A stretch of DNA of 64,000 nt, from NCBI GenBank assembly GCA_965203805.1, contig OZ241917.1, positions 4,768,001 through 4,832,000 of the forward strand. The letters run 5' to 3'. The DNA comes from Candidatus Latescibacterota bacterium. GTDB taxonomy: Bacteria > Latescibacterota > UBA2968 > GCA-2709665. The notes under the pieces are model-generated. The model was not told the origin of the DNA. It made no database searches and worked only from the letters and a program-made list of their open reading frames with translations. Within the stretch, counting starts at the first letter, position 1; each line of letters begins with the position of its first letter. Both the position numbers and the translations under genes were made by a program. Shown here piece by piece: positions 28,113 through 38,931 of the stretch.

Positions 28113-29978
28113 ATGAGAGTTAGCCCGTTGACCCCGAGAGTCGCGACTTGCAGCCTTTTGGTTCTGTTTCTGTTCACGGGATGTTCGACGACCAGACAGG
28201 TCGCGAAGATACCCGAAGTCGAAACGCCGACTCTGACTGAGAAGGCGCCGGAAGCCGGCGAGGATTCCACGGCAGTCAGAGCAGTCAGAAAGGAACGCCC
28301 GCGTCCGGACAGGAGACGTATTCAGCGGGATGCAGAGACACTTGAGAAGGCCCTGGGCGACGAAACGGCGTTATCCGTGGAACGCCTGTGTATTCTGCTC
28401 ACCGATTCCGCGATAACCGGAACCTTTGCGAAGGAGCGTCACCTCGAATTGCTTCGCACGGCGTTCAAGCGATATCGGGGGAAGATCCCGCCGTCCGGGC
28501 TCCTGCGGCCAAACTCCGTCATGGCGCGGCTGCTCGACGCCATTCCCGACAGCCTCCGTTCGCAATTGCGCGAAGACGTTCATTTCAGAGAACTCTATGT
28601 CCGCAAGCTGGCGGGCGCCGCCGATGTTCCGGTCGACTACAATTCCGAGGTCGTCAAGACGATCCGTTATTTCCAGACCACCGCCCGGAAGGCATTCAAG
28701 GCCTGGCTTTCGCGTTCACCTCTCTATGTCCCGATGATTCGAGAAGCACTGCGTGACGCGGGTCTTCCGGAGGACCTCGTCTATAAGGCCATGATCGAGA
28801 GCGGCTTCAACCCCAGAGCCTATTCGCGTGCAAGGGCGGTTGGTATCTGGCAGTTCGTTCGGGGCACGGCCAGGCTTTACGGTCTCAAGAACAACGGCTG
28901 GATCGATGAACGGCGGGATCCGGAAAAGTCGACGCGTGCCGCGATCCTGCATATCCGCCACCTTTACGAACTGTTTGGCGACTGGCGTCTTGTTATTGCC
29001 GCGTACAACTGTGGGCAGGGCCGTCTACAACGCATTATTCAGCGTTCGAGAACGGACGATTTCTGGAGACTGAGGGGCTTGCCCAGGGAAACGCGGAGAC
29101 ACGTCCCAAGATTCATGGCTGCCCTCATCATCTCCAAAGATCCCGAGTGGTTCGGGTTTAACGATGTGGTCTATCAGACACCTGAGACATACGACTCAGT
29201 ACCGGTGATGGAGTGTGTCGACCTTCGTGTGGCCGCCGAATGTGCGGGTACGACCTACACGCGGATGCGAGTGCTGAATCCTGAACTCTATTCGGGCTAT
29301 ACGCCGCCGGGCAGGCGGACGCCCTATTATCTGAGAGTTCCGGCGGGCGCGGCCGACCGATTCAGAGTCAACTACGCGCGTGTTCCTGCGAGTCGGAAAT
29401 CTCGAATGGTCGAATACCTGATGCGTTACGGCGATACGATTTCCGGAGTTGCCCGCCGGTTCGGTACGTCGACCGAAGCGGTGCTCGCGGCGAACAACAT
29501 AACGAATCCAAGGCGCGTTCGAGCGGGCACAAGGCTGAAGATTCCCATTTTCCCGAACGGGAGACCCACGCGGTCAGCGAGGAAAACTGCGCGCGTGTCG
29601 GCGCCCGATTCGGACACGCACCGGAAAGTCGCGCATCGTGTAAAGAAGGGAGATACCCTGTGGGAAATCGGACGCCTTTACGGTGTCACCCCGAATCAGA
29701 TCAGGGCGTGGAATGACCTCAAGCGGCATATTGCGCCGGGTGACCGCCTGGTCATCTGGAGGCCGGAGGCGCGTCAGATAGCCCTGGCCAATTCTTCGGA
29801 CCAGCGACGCGGCGAATTCTATATAGTCCAATCGGGCGATACGCTCTGGGACATCGCGCGCAGTTTCAGAGTCCGGGTCAACGACCTCAAGAAATGGAAC
29901 CGCATCCGCAAACCCGGCAGTTTGCGGGTGGGCGCCCGGCTACTCATACGACCGACCGTGTCCCGGGCTGTCGACTGA
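28113..29978 (+). CDS. mltD: MltD-like lytic transglycosylase with LysM repeats
   Basis: FTGC lipobox; IESGFNP, A.GIWQF, AAYNCG, LPRETR; three LysM domains. Start uncertain. Confidence 0.85.
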   Translation: MRVSPLTPRVATCSLLVLFLFTGCSTTRQVAKIPEVETPTLTEKAPEAGEDSTAVRAVRKERPRPDRRRIQRDAETLEKALGDETALSVERLCILLTDSAITGTFAKERHLELLRTAFKRYRGKIPPSGLLRPNSVMARLLDAIPDSLRSQLREDVHFRELYVRKLAGAADVPVDYNSEVVKTIRYFQTTARKAFKAWLSRSPLYVPMIREALRDAGLPEDLVYKAMIESGFNPRAYSRARAVGIWQFVRGTARLYGLKNNGWIDERRDPEKSTRAAILHIRHLYELFGDWRLVIAAYNCGQGRLQRIIQRSRTDDFWRLRGLPRETRRHVPRFMAALIISKDPEWFGFNDVVYQTPETYDSVPVMECVDLRVAAECAGTTYTRMRVLNPELYSGYTPPGRRTPYYLRVPAGAADRFRVNYARVPASRKSRMVEYLMRYGDTISGVARRFGTSTEAVLAANNITNPRRVRAGTRLKIPIFPNGRPTRSARKTARVSAPDSDTHRKVAHRVKKGDTLWEIGRLYGVTPNQIRAWNDLKRHIAPGDRLVIWRPEARQIALANSSDQRRGEFYIVQSGDTLWDIARSFRVRVNDLKKWNRIRKPGSLRVGARLLIRPTVSRAVD

Positions 29979-30051
29979 GTCAACCGGCAGAACAAGGAGG
30001 GAGGGCTCGCCCACGCCCCAACTGTCGCTCCTGAGAGTCCTTCGAGACCTT

Positions 30052-30540
30052 TTGCTGATCGCCCTGGCGCTGCTCATCCAGACTTCCTGGGCGCATTCGG
30101 TCCGAATTCTGGATGTCGGCCCGGATTTTGTGATCATCGTGCTGGTATACCTGGCCATAAACAGAGGGCAGATTGAAGGCACATTATACGGGTTCGCATC
30201 CGGCTTCCTGCTGGATGTCTACAGTCCCGAGACGATGGGCATCAACGCGCTTGCAAACAGCGTGGTGGGATTCTCCGTCGGCCATTTCCGATCGGGCGTC
30301 ACTATCGAAGATTTCCGCATGCAGGCCCTGCTGCTCTTCGTGGCGGTTCTGCTGCACGACGTGATCTATTTTGTTTTCGCGAACATTTTCTCGAATCCGG
30401 ATGCGATTCTGGCATTGATCGTCCGGTTCGGGATCGGGACGGCACTTTACACCGTGGTCGTTGGAGTCGGCATTTCGCTGGTATTGTCCATTCGCTTCAA
30501 CAAGGGAATTTACCTTGATGCGCGACGACTTTATGGATAA
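30052..30540 (+). CDS. mreD: Rod shape-determining protein MreD
   Basis: PDFVII, GFASGFLLD and GINAL motifs; lies just before PBP2. Confidence 0.85.
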   Translation: MLIALALLIQTSWAHSVRILDVGPDFVIIVLVYLAINRGQIEGTLYGFASGFLLDVYSPETMGINALANSVVGFSVGHFRSGVTIEDFRMQALLLFVAVLLHDVIYFVFANIFSNPDAILALIVRFGIGTALYTVVVGVGISLVLSIRFNKGIYLDARRLYG

Positions 30541-32410
30541 CGGCTTTCGGAAGACGCGGGGACGATGGATGATGTCGGTGGTCATCGTCCTGTTCGCCAT
30601 TCTGTTTGTCGGCGTGTTCCGGCTGCAGATTACAGACAGCGAACGCTACAGCATCCAGTCCAAGAAAAACACGATGCAGGTGGTGCCCATCGAAGCCGGT
30701 CGAGGACTTATTACGGATCGCAACGGCGTCGTCCTCGTAGACAATCGGCCTTCATACACCATCTCCGTGCTTCCACAACGACTGCGTGGAAATACCGATC
30801 CGACGGTTCGCGGGCGCGTGGTCAACCGGCTCAGCCAGGTTGCGGGCCTGCCGGTACTGCGCATTAACCGAAAACTCGAAGACCGAAACCGCCGTATTCA
30901 CGAGCCGGTAAGACTGATACGAGACGTTGGATTCAACATCGTGTCTGTCGTGGAAGAAGAACGCCACGATCTGCCGGGTGTGGAAATACAGTATGAAGCC
31001 CGCAGGGGATATCTCAGCCTCAACGGCGGCCCCCCTCTTGCGCCTCATATCGTCGGATATGTCGGATTGATCGACCCTGAGACCTATAAGCATAAGCGGG
31101 AGATGGGTTACCGTCTGGACGATCAGATCGGCAAACGGGGGATTGAGCGCTTGTGCGAGCCTGTTCTGAGGGGCCGGGAAGGCTTGAAATTCATCGAGGT
31201 CGACGCCTTCGGCAGAGAGGTCGGCAGCTTTCCCGAAAAGACAACCCTGCCGCAACGGGGTATCGATGTCCAGCTGACCCTGGACTGGCGATTGCAGCAG
31301 GCTGCGGAACTTGCGTTTGCCGATTCGCTGAGAGGCAGCCTGGTGGCGATGAATCCAAACAACGGAGCGATCCTCGCCATGGTCAGCAAACCCGGATTTC
31401 ATCCGCAATCGATCCGCGACCTGCGCCAATGGCGAGCCCTGAAGGCCGACAAGTCAAACCCCCTGCTGAACCGGAGCATAAAGGGCGAATACCCCCCTGC
31501 CTCGGTTTTCAAGATGGTTGCTGCGATTGCCGGTCTTGAAACGGGCTTGATCGACTCCGAAACAGCGCGATTCCGGTCCTGTACGGGCAGGATGAAGTTC
31601 GGAGACAGGGTTTTCCGCTGCCACAAGGCCACAGGGTGTGGGCGGCTGTCGCTGCGTGGCGCGCTTATCCGCTCCTGCGACGTCTACTTTTACCAGCTGG
31701 GACGCAAGGTAGGGATTACCAACTGGAATCGTTACACCAGAATGCTCGGATTCGGTCAGCCCACTGGAATCGACATCGCTGCCGGAGGCGATGGCGAGGC
31801 TGCGGGACTCGTCACCGACCGTTCGTACTACAGAGAACGTTATGGACACTGGGCGGAAGGGTACATGCTGAATCTCACAATCGGCCAGGGCGAGACCTCC
31901 GTGACCCCCGTACAGATTGCCCGTTACATCAGCGCGCTGGCTGTCGGCAAACTGCCGCGCCCCCGTGTCCTGAAGAGTACGGCCCCCGAGTCCACCCCGG
32001 TTCAGATTTCCGCACAGACCCTGAAGACCATACGAAGCATCATGCTGGATGTCGTCGAGGATCCGTACGGCACAGGAAAACGCGCCAGGGTGGAAGGGGT
32101 ACGGGTGGCGGGTAAGACCGGTACGGCACAAAATTCTCACGGTGAGGATCACGCCTGGTTCACCGCCCTTGCGCCGGCGCACTATCCGGAAATCGTGGTC
32201 GCCGTTGTGGTCGAAAACGCGGGCCATGGCGGCGCGGTTGCCGCTCCGATCGCGGGGCGGGTTCTTGAGACGTACTTCGACCTGACGCGGCCGGAACAAA
32301 AGACGGACATTCTCGTCGCCAAGCGCGTCGAGAACGAACAACCACCTGAAGCGAACGACTCCGAACCGGCCCCGGCGGGGAGCACAACGCCCGCGATCAT
32401 CTTGAGATAA
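30518..32410 (+). CDS. mrdA: Penicillin-binding protein 2
   Basis: RG.I.DRNG, SVFK (SxxK), SCD, KTGTAQ. Confidence 0.92.
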   Translation: MRDDFMDNGFRKTRGRWMMSVVIVLFAILFVGVFRLQITDSERYSIQSKKNTMQVVPIEAGRGLITDRNGVVLVDNRPSYTISVLPQRLRGNTDPTVRGRVVNRLSQVAGLPVLRINRKLEDRNRRIHEPVRLIRDVGFNIVSVVEEERHDLPGVEIQYEARRGYLSLNGGPPLAPHIVGYVGLIDPETYKHKREMGYRLDDQIGKRGIERLCEPVLRGREGLKFIEVDAFGREVGSFPEKTTLPQRGIDVQLTLDWRLQQAAELAFADSLRGSLVAMNPNNGAILAMVSKPGFHPQSIRDLRQWRALKADKSNPLLNRSIKGEYPPASVFKMVAAIAGLETGLIDSETARFRSCTGRMKFGDRVFRCHKATGCGRLSLRGALIRSCDVYFYQLGRKVGITNWNRYTRMLGFGQPTGIDIAAGGDGEAAGLVTDRSYYRERYGHWAEGYMLNLTIGQGETSVTPVQIARYISALAVGKLPRPRVLKSTAPESTPVQISAQTLKTIRSIMLDVVEDPYGTGKRARVEGVRVAGKTGTAQNSHGEDHAWFTALAPAHYPEIVVAVVVENAGHGGAVAAPIAGRVLETYFDLTRPEQKTDILVAKRVENEQPPEANDSEPAPAGSTTPAIILR

Positions 32411-32474
32411 CCGGCGCCCAATTCACAAGTTCAAACCGGCATTGACCGAATTGAGTTAAATCAGGAATCTACGC

Positions 32475-33695
32475 GTGGTCCTATCCCGTCTCTTCAAACA
32501 GGAATTCGATTTGCCGCTGTTGCTTTCGGTTGCCCTTGCCATGCTGTTCGGCATTGGTGCGATTTACAGCGCCACGTACAGCTGGGAACACGGCGCCGCC
32601 AGCAGGATCTACGAAAGGCAGGTCATCTGGAGCGCGGTTGCCGTTGCCGCCCTGTTTCTCACCCTGTTCGTCCCGCCGAAATATTATTATGCCTTTGCAT
32701 ATATTCTCTATGGCATCTCAATCTGTCTGCTGATTCTGGTTCTACTGTTCGGGGATCAACGCTGGTTCGATCTGGGTCCGTTTTATATGCAGCCGTCGGA
32801 ACTGGCGAAAATAGCAACCATTCTTGCCCTGGCAAGGTACCTTTCGACGCGCAACCTCGACCTGGACCGGCCCCGCTCACTGGTCACGCCTTTTCTTCTG
32901 GTCCTGCTACCGGCGGTTCTGGTATTCAAGCAGCCCGACCTGGGCACCGCGCTGGTGTTCATCTCCGTACTCCTGCCCATGTTCTATTGGGCCGGCATGA
33001 GGCCTGTCGTGCTGTTTTTTATGATTTCCCCATTCCTGAGCGTGATCTGCGCCTTCCACTACGCAGCGCTTGTTGTCCTGGTTCTGGCAATTGCGGGCGT
33101 TGTATTTCTGGTTCGACCGGGCCGGTTGATGGTTGGCGCTATTGTCGTGGTCAATCTCGCGGTCGCGGTCGGCGCGCCTTATCTCTGGGAGAACAAGCTG
33201 CACGACTATCAGCGCCGACGGATTCTGACCTTTTTGAATCCGGACATGGACAAACTGGGCGCGGGCTACCAGGTCATGCAATCCAAGGTGGCGATCGGTT
33301 CGGGCGGCCTCAACGGCAAAGGATACCTGCAGGGTACCCAGACCAGACTCTCCTTCCTTCCCGAACAACACACCGACTTTGTATTTTCCGTAATCGGCGA
33401 GGAGTTCGGATTCGCCGGCGCGACAATCGTACTCGCTATGTTTCTCCTGATCATCTGGCGCGCCATCCATATCGCGGGCCTTGCCAAGAGCCGTTTTTCG
33501 AGTCTCGTAGCCATTGGTCTGGCCGCCATGCTGACGTTTCACGTTTTTGTCAATATAGGCATGACCGTCGGCGTGGTGCCGGTTACCGGTCTGCCGCTGC
33601 CGTATTTCAGCTACGGCGGCTCTCAGCTCGTTGTCAATCTGATCCTCGCCGGACTGCTGCTCAACATCTATGCCTACAGGCACGAATATCATTAA
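32475..33695 (+). CDS. rodA: Rod shape-determining protein RodA (SEDS)
   Basis: QPSELAK, QPDLGT, LPEQHTDF, LPYFSYGGS. Confidence 0.92.
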   Translation: MVLSRLFKQEFDLPLLLSVALAMLFGIGAIYSATYSWEHGAASRIYERQVIWSAVAVAALFLTLFVPPKYYYAFAYILYGISICLLILVLLFGDQRWFDLGPFYMQPSELAKIATILALARYLSTRNLDLDRPRSLVTPFLLVLLPAVLVFKQPDLGTALVFISVLLPMFYWAGMRPVVLFFMISPFLSVICAFHYAALVVLVLAIAGVVFLVRPGRLMVGAIVVVNLAVAVGAPYLWENKLHDYQRRRILTFLNPDMDKLGAGYQVMQSKVAIGSGGLNGKGYLQGTQTRLSFLPEQHTDFVFSVIGEEFGFAGATIVLAMFLLIIWRAIHIAGLAKSRFSSLVAIGLAAMLTFHVFVNIGMTVGVVPVTGLPLPYFSYGGSQLVVNLILAGLLLNIYAYRHEYH

Positions 33696-33726
33696 AGGGC
33701 GCCCGACATTCCTGTTTTCCGCATGC

Positions 33727-33752
33727 AAAAGGCGACCGAAAGGTCGCCTTTT
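33727..33752. terminator. Bidirectional intrinsic terminator between rodA and dnaE
   Basis: AAAA-GGCGACC-GAAA-GGTCGCC-TTTT. Confidence 0.85.
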
Positions 33753-33846
33753 GCGTTGTCCCTCGAGAGGCGTGCGCCTACGCCGGAAAATGAGAGCAGG
33801 TTTTCTGAAACGCCGGACGGCATCCGCACGTTGATCGTTCGCGCGC

Positions 33847-36800
33847 TCAGGACTTCTGGGATACCCAGGCGCGCCGTTCTCCCAGAAACGCGCCAATCTC
33901 CGAGAACAACGCGTCAGACGGCGACACGGTAAGCGCCCGGGATCGAATGACCTTTGTTTCTCCGTTGCCCAGTTCAAGGTGCAGATACACCGTGCACCCG
34001 CCCCGGTGACCCATCAGCAACGTCTTCAGCTGTTCCAGCGGCTCCGGGTCCAGCATCTCGGCTGGGAGTTTTACGTTCAGTGTGTCCGCAAGCGTCTCCC
34101 TCGCGTGCTCCATCGCCAGAACCTCTTCCACGACCAGCGACTGTCGCCCATTGCGTCCGGAAAGCCTGCCCTGTACCACCACCATCGCGTCGGCGACAAA
34201 CGCAGCCTTGACTTTTTCAAATGCATCGGGAAACACCACCAGATCCATGGCGCCATCGAGGTCCTCAATGGTGCCGAACGCCATCGGACGTCCGTTTCGA
34301 TCGGTATGCGATCTCGTTTCGGAAATCAGCCCCCCGAGTTTCACATCCGCACCCTCCGGCAATTCACCGGCATCCTGCGACGAACGGATGCCCAGCGCAA
34401 TCAGATCCGTGAGGTACCTTTCCAAAGGGTGCCCGGAGAGATAGAATCCAAGCATGTCCTTTTCGTGCGCGAGCCGCTCGGGCTCCGTCCACTCCGGCTC
34501 ATCGGGAAGTACATGGTTGTTGATTACTGCCGTCTGGTCCGCGAGGACTTCCATATCGAAGAGTGAAATCTGACGTCGCTGCCGCGCTGCCTGCGCGGAC
34601 TGGCCCGCGTCCAGAGCCCGGTCGAGACCCTCCAGGAGTTGCGCCCGATGCCCCGAAAGACAATCCATCGCTCCGGCCCGGATCAGGCTCTCGATGGCGC
34701 GGCGGTTTACCGCGCGCAAGTCCACGCGTTCACAGAACTCGAACAGGGAATGAAACGGTCCGTCGGTTTCACGCGCACCCACAATGGCCTCGACCGCACC
34801 GCGGCCCACGTTTCGTACGGCCGCCATCCCCATCCGAATCGCCGTTTCCGAAGCCACAAAGTCCACGTAGGAAGTGTTCACATCGGGCGGCAGGACCTCC
34901 AGCTTCATCCTCCGGCATTCTTCAATCACGACCACCATTCGTTCGATGTTGCCGATCTCGCCATTCAGGCTGGCAGCCATGTATTCCTGAGGATAATTCG
35001 CCTTGAGGAAGGCGTTCCGGTACGCCACAACCGCATATGCCGCGGCGTGTGCTTTAGGAAAGGCGTACCCGGCGAACACTTCGATATTGGCGAAGATTTT
35101 TTGCGCCAGTTTCCGGTCCACCCCGTGTGAATCGCATCCCCCGATGAACGCGTCTTTCTGTCGCGCCATCTCCTCGGGTTTCTTTTTGCCCATCGCATCG
35201 CGCAGGATATCGGCCTGCCCGAGACTGAACCCGGCCAGGACCTGCACACTCTGCATTACCTGTTCCTGGTAGACCATGATTCCATAGGTTTCTTTCAGGA
35301 TGGGTTCCAGCTTCGGATGGTCGTAGGCCACCTCTTGCTTCCCGTGCTTGCGCGCGATGAAATTCGGAATGTGTTGCATCGGCCCCGGGCGATAGAGCGC
35401 ATTCATGGCGATGATGTCATCGATACAGTCGGGCTTCAGCTGCACGAGGTATTCCCGCATTCCCGGGCTTTCGAACTGAAACACGCCCACGGTGTCGCCG
35501 CGACCGAACAGGTCAAGGGTTTTTCTGTCGTCTTCGGGAATTTTCTCAAGGTCGAATTCCGGCTCTTTCGTCCTGATCAGGTCCACAGTCTCGTCCGCAA
35601 GCGAAAGCTCCTTAAGGCCCAGAAAATCCATCTTCAGAAGCCCGATATCCTCGCAGGTCGGTCCGTCGAACTGGGTGGTCACCTTGCCGTCTCTAGGGGA
35701 CTTGTAAAGCGGCACGAACTTCGTCAGATCATCGGGTGCGATAATTACGGCCGCCGCGTGTACCGAAGCGTGACGCGCCAGTCCCTCCAGGGCCCGCGCG
35801 TGCCGGATCAACTGCGCCTCTCCGCCGCCGCCGTCGGCCATTTCCTTGAGTTCGGGCACCTGTTGTATCGCCTTGTCCAGTGTCATTTTCAGATCGTTGG
35901 GCACCAGCTTGGCGATACGATCGACCTCACCAAACGGCATATCGTGAACGCGGCCCACGTCGCGGATTGCCGCCTTCGCTTTCAATGTACCGAACGTGAT
36001 AATCTGGCAGACGTTGTTTTCTCCGTATTTTTCCGACACGTACCTGATCACCTGGTCGCGTTTCTTGTCGGAAAAATCGATATCGATATCCGGCAGACTC
36101 AGACGCTTCGGGTTCAGGAACCGCTCGAACAGCAGGTTGTATTTCATCGGATCCAGGTCGGTTATGCGCAGTGAATACGCCACCAGGCTACCGGCGCAGG
36201 AACCCCGCCCGGGCCCCACCGAGATTCCGTGTTCCTTCGCGTATTTGACATAGTCCCATACGATCAGGAAGTATCCGGCCAAGCCCATTTCCACGATAAG
36301 GTCAAGTTCGAATTCCAGGCGGTTCCGGAACTCCTGCGGCACGGAATCGAACCGACTGTGCAGGCCCTGCCGCGCCAGATGTTTGAGGTATTCGTCCGCC
36401 GTGGGGAATTTCGCGGGCAGCGGAAATTCCGGTGCGAGGTAATTCCCGAACGCGAATTCTATATTGCACTTCTCCGCGATCTCGAGAGTCCGCTCGAGCG
36501 CATGCGGCAGGTCCGAAAACAGCGAGTACATCTCGTCCGCTGTCTTGAAATAGACGTTTGTCGGATAACACATCCTGCCGGGGTCCTTCAGCGTCTTGCC
36601 AGTCTGTAGCGCCACGAGAACGGCGTGGGCCTCATGATCGTCGGCTCCCAGAAAATGGGAGTCGTTCGTCGCCACGAGCGGAACCCCCATTTCCGAGTGA
36701 ATCCGAATCAGCCCTTCGTTTATACGGGGCTCCCTGTCGATGCCGTGCCGCTGAATCTCCAGGTAGTAATCTTCGCCGAAAATATCCAGGTATTCTTCCA

Positions 36801-37281
36801 CCGCGGCCATGGCGGCAGGAACGCCTTCACGCTCGATCAGATGAGGCACCTCGCCGCTCACGCATCCGGAGAGGCAGACCAGGCCCTCCGAGTGTTCCCT
36901 CAACAGGTCCTTATCGATCCTCGGATGATAGTAGAACCCTTCCATGTAACCGGCGGAAACCAGCTTGACGAGGTTGGTATATCCGCGCGCGTTCTTCGCC
37001 AGCAGCACCAGGTGGTTCGAACCGCTGGGGACGCCCCGTGCCGGTTTTTTCTCCAACCTGCTTTCGATCGCGCAATAGACCTCGCATCCGATAATCGGCT
37101 TCACGTCCACCGCTTTCATGGCGCGATAAAAGTCCACGGCGCCGAAGAGATTACCGTGGTCGGTAATGGCTGCCGCGGGCATCCCGTATTCGGCGGCCCT
37201 CGCGGCGAGACTGTCAATCTTGCAGGCGCCATCCAGAAGGCTGTACATGCTGTGGCTGTGGAGGTGCACGAATTCGGCCAT
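33847..37281 (-). CDS. dnaE: DNA polymerase III alpha subunit
   Basis: FVHLHSHSMYSLLDG (PHP domain), GPGRGS, PDIDIDF, GLLKMDFLGL. Confidence 0.97.
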   Translation of the reverse strand: MAEFVHLHSHSMYSLLDGACKIDSLAARAAEYGMPAAAITDHGNLFGAVDFYRAMKAVDVKPIIGCEVYCAIESRLEKKPARGVPSGSNHLVLLAKNARGYTNLVKLVSAGYMEGFYYHPRIDKDLLREHSEGLVCLSGCVSGEVPHLIEREGVPAAMAAVEEYLDIFGEDYYLEIQRHGIDREPRINEGLIRIHSEMGVPLVATNDSHFLGADDHEAHAVLVALQTGKTLKDPGRMCYPTNVYFKTADEMYSLFSDLPHALERTLEIAEKCNIEFAFGNYLAPEFPLPAKFPTADEYLKHLARQGLHSRFDSVPQEFRNRLEFELDLIVEMGLAGYFLIVWDYVKYAKEHGISVGPGRGSCAGSLVAYSLRITDLDPMKYNLLFERFLNPKRLSLPDIDIDFSDKKRDQVIRYVSEKYGENNVCQIITFGTLKAKAAIRDVGRVHDMPFGEVDRIAKLVPNDLKMTLDKAIQQVPELKEMADGGGGEAQLIRHARALEGLARHASVHAAAVIIAPDDLTKFVPLYKSPRDGKVTTQFDGPTCEDIGLLKMDFLGLKELSLADETVDLIRTKEPEFDLEKIPEDDRKTLDLFGRGDTVGVFQFESPGMREYLVQLKPDCIDDIIAMNALYRPGPMQHIPNFIARKHGKQEVAYDHPKLEPILKETYGIMVYQEQVMQSVQVLAGFSLGQADILRDAMGKKKPEEMARQKDAFIGGCDSHGVDRKLAQKIFANIEVFAGYAFPKAHAAAYAVVAYRNAFLKANYPQEYMAASLNGEIGNIERMVVVIEECRRMKLEVLPPDVNTSYVDFVASETAIRMGMAAVRNVGRGAVEAIVGARETDGPFHSLFEFCERVDLRAVNRRAIESLIRAGAMDCLSGHRAQLLEGLDRALDAGQSAQAARQRRQISLFDMEVLADQTAVINNHVLPDEPEWTEPERLAHEKDMLGFYLSGHPLERYLTDLIALGIRSSQDAGELPEGADVKLGGLISETRSHTDRNGRPMAFGTIEDLDGAMDLVVFPDAFEKVKAAFVADAMVVVQGRLSGRNGRQSLVVEEVLAMEHARETLADTLNVKLPAEMLDPEPLEQLKTLLMGHRGGCTVYLHLELGNGETKVIRSRALTVSPSDALFSEIGAFLGERRAWVSQKS

Positions 37282-37623
37282 GGAGGGACGCTCCGAATGC
37301 GTTGTTCGAAAGAGCCTTGATAAGGAAAGAAATGCGCCGCCTGGGGAAAGCGGGGAACATCCGGGGGGATTGCGGAATTCAGATTCGCGCGGGCGTCGTT
37401 AACGCGGCCGGCACGGACTTCCCGGAAACGGAACAATCTTACTTCCGGCCCGCCCAAAAGTCAAGCGGCAGATTGACAGGACGCTGGACGGCCTGCAACC
37501 CGGAGGGAGCGGGCACGCGAAAAGGGCGTTTTCCGTTGAACTTTTGGCGCCATTGGGTTATTTTGTCTTGACTCCGGGAGTGGACGTGAACACGACCGCC
37601 CCGGACGGAGGCAACTGTTCTTT

Positions 37624-38904
37624 ATGTCCAATTCCCTTGAAATCCTCCCGCTCCGCCGTCCCGTCGACGCGGAGGTGTCGATCCCCGGCTCCAAGTCGTA
37701 CACCAACCGGGCGTTGTTGATCGCGGCGCTGGCCGACGGGCGGAGCCGTCTTACGGGCACACTCGAAAGCGATGACACGAGATATATGGGCGACGCGCTC
37801 TCAGCTCTCGGCGTCGACGTCCGGGTCGAAGCCGACGACACACTCATTGTCCATGGCACGGACGGCCGCATCCCCGTCTCGAATGCGAAACTCTTCGTTG
37901 GGAACTCCGGAACCGCCACACGGTTTCTCACGGCCTACCTCGCGCTGGGTAATGGCGCCTACACGCTGGATGGAGCGCAGCGCATGAGAGAGCGGCCGAT
38001 CCAGGACCTGATCGACAGCCTGGGACAGTTGGGGGTTCGTGCGCGGAGCCTGGCCGGAAACGGTTGCCCGCCTGTCGTCGTTGACGGATCGGGTCTTGAG
38101 GGCGGGCGCACCAGGATGCATGGAGACCGCAGCAGCCAGTATCTCTCCGCCCTTCTCATGGTCGCGCCGTATGCGCGGAAGGACGTTGAGATCCACGTTG
38201 CCGGCAACCTCGTATCCAGGCCCTACATCGACATGACCGTTCGCATCATGGGGGACTTCGGCGTCAGCGCCGTCGCGGAACACGATAACGTCTTCCGCGT
38301 GGAAGCGGGACAGCGATATGAAGCCGCCGAATATGACATCGAACCGGATGCCTCCAACGCATCTTATTTCTTCGCCGCGGCTGCGCTTACAGGCGGCCGG
38401 ATCAGGGTCCGCAACCTTTCCTCGCAGTCCGCGCAAGGGGACGTGGGATTCGTGGATGTACTGGGGCATATGGGCTGCACGGTCAGCAGCCGCCCGGATG
38501 GCATTGAAGTCCGAGGCCCCGAGAGGCTCTCCGGCATTGATGTCGACATGAACGCGATGCCCGACGTGGTTCAGACCCTTTGCGCCATCGCCCCTTTCGC
38601 CTCCGGGCCGGTCACGGCCCGTAACATCGCCAACCTGCGCATCAAGGAGACCGACCGCATCGCGGCAGTCGCGGCTGAGCTGACCAGACTGGGGGTCCGC
38701 GCAATCCCCCGGGCCGATTCGCTGACGGTCTATCCCGCCGAGCGCATCCGCCCTGCCGCCCTCGACACGTACGACGATCACCGGATGGCCATGAGCATGG
38801 CGTTGATCGGCCTGAAAGCGCCTGGTATCGCAATCCGGGAGCCCGGCTGCGTCGAAAAGTCCTTTCCGGCGTACTTTCAGTGCCTGGACGCGCTCAGGCA
38901 ATAG
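37624..38904 (+). CDS. aroA: EPSP synthase
   Basis: PGSKSYTNR, GNSGTATR, SSQYLS, RIKETDRI, DDHRMAM. Confidence 0.97.
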   Translation: MSNSLEILPLRRPVDAEVSIPGSKSYTNRALLIAALADGRSRLTGTLESDDTRYMGDALSALGVDVRVEADDTLIVHGTDGRIPVSNAKLFVGNSGTATRFLTAYLALGNGAYTLDGAQRMRERPIQDLIDSLGQLGVRARSLAGNGCPPVVVDGSGLEGGRTRMHGDRSSQYLSALLMVAPYARKDVEIHVAGNLVSRPYIDMTVRIMGDFGVSAVAEHDNVFRVEAGQRYEAAEYDIEPDASNASYFFAAAALTGGRIRVRNLSSQSAQGDVGFVDVLGHMGCTVSSRPDGIEVRGPERLSGIDVDMNAMPDVVQTLCAIAPFASGPVTARNIANLRIKETDRIAAVAAELTRLGVRAIPRADSLTVYPAERIRPAALDTYDDHRMAMSMALIGLKAPGIAIREPGCVEKSFPAYFQCLDALRQ

Positions 38905-38931
38905 CACGAAAGCACAGGTCCTCCCATTCTC

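Noticed and set aside
33847-37281. Intein or split in dnaE
   Set aside because: Length (1144 aa) and motif spacing are normal.
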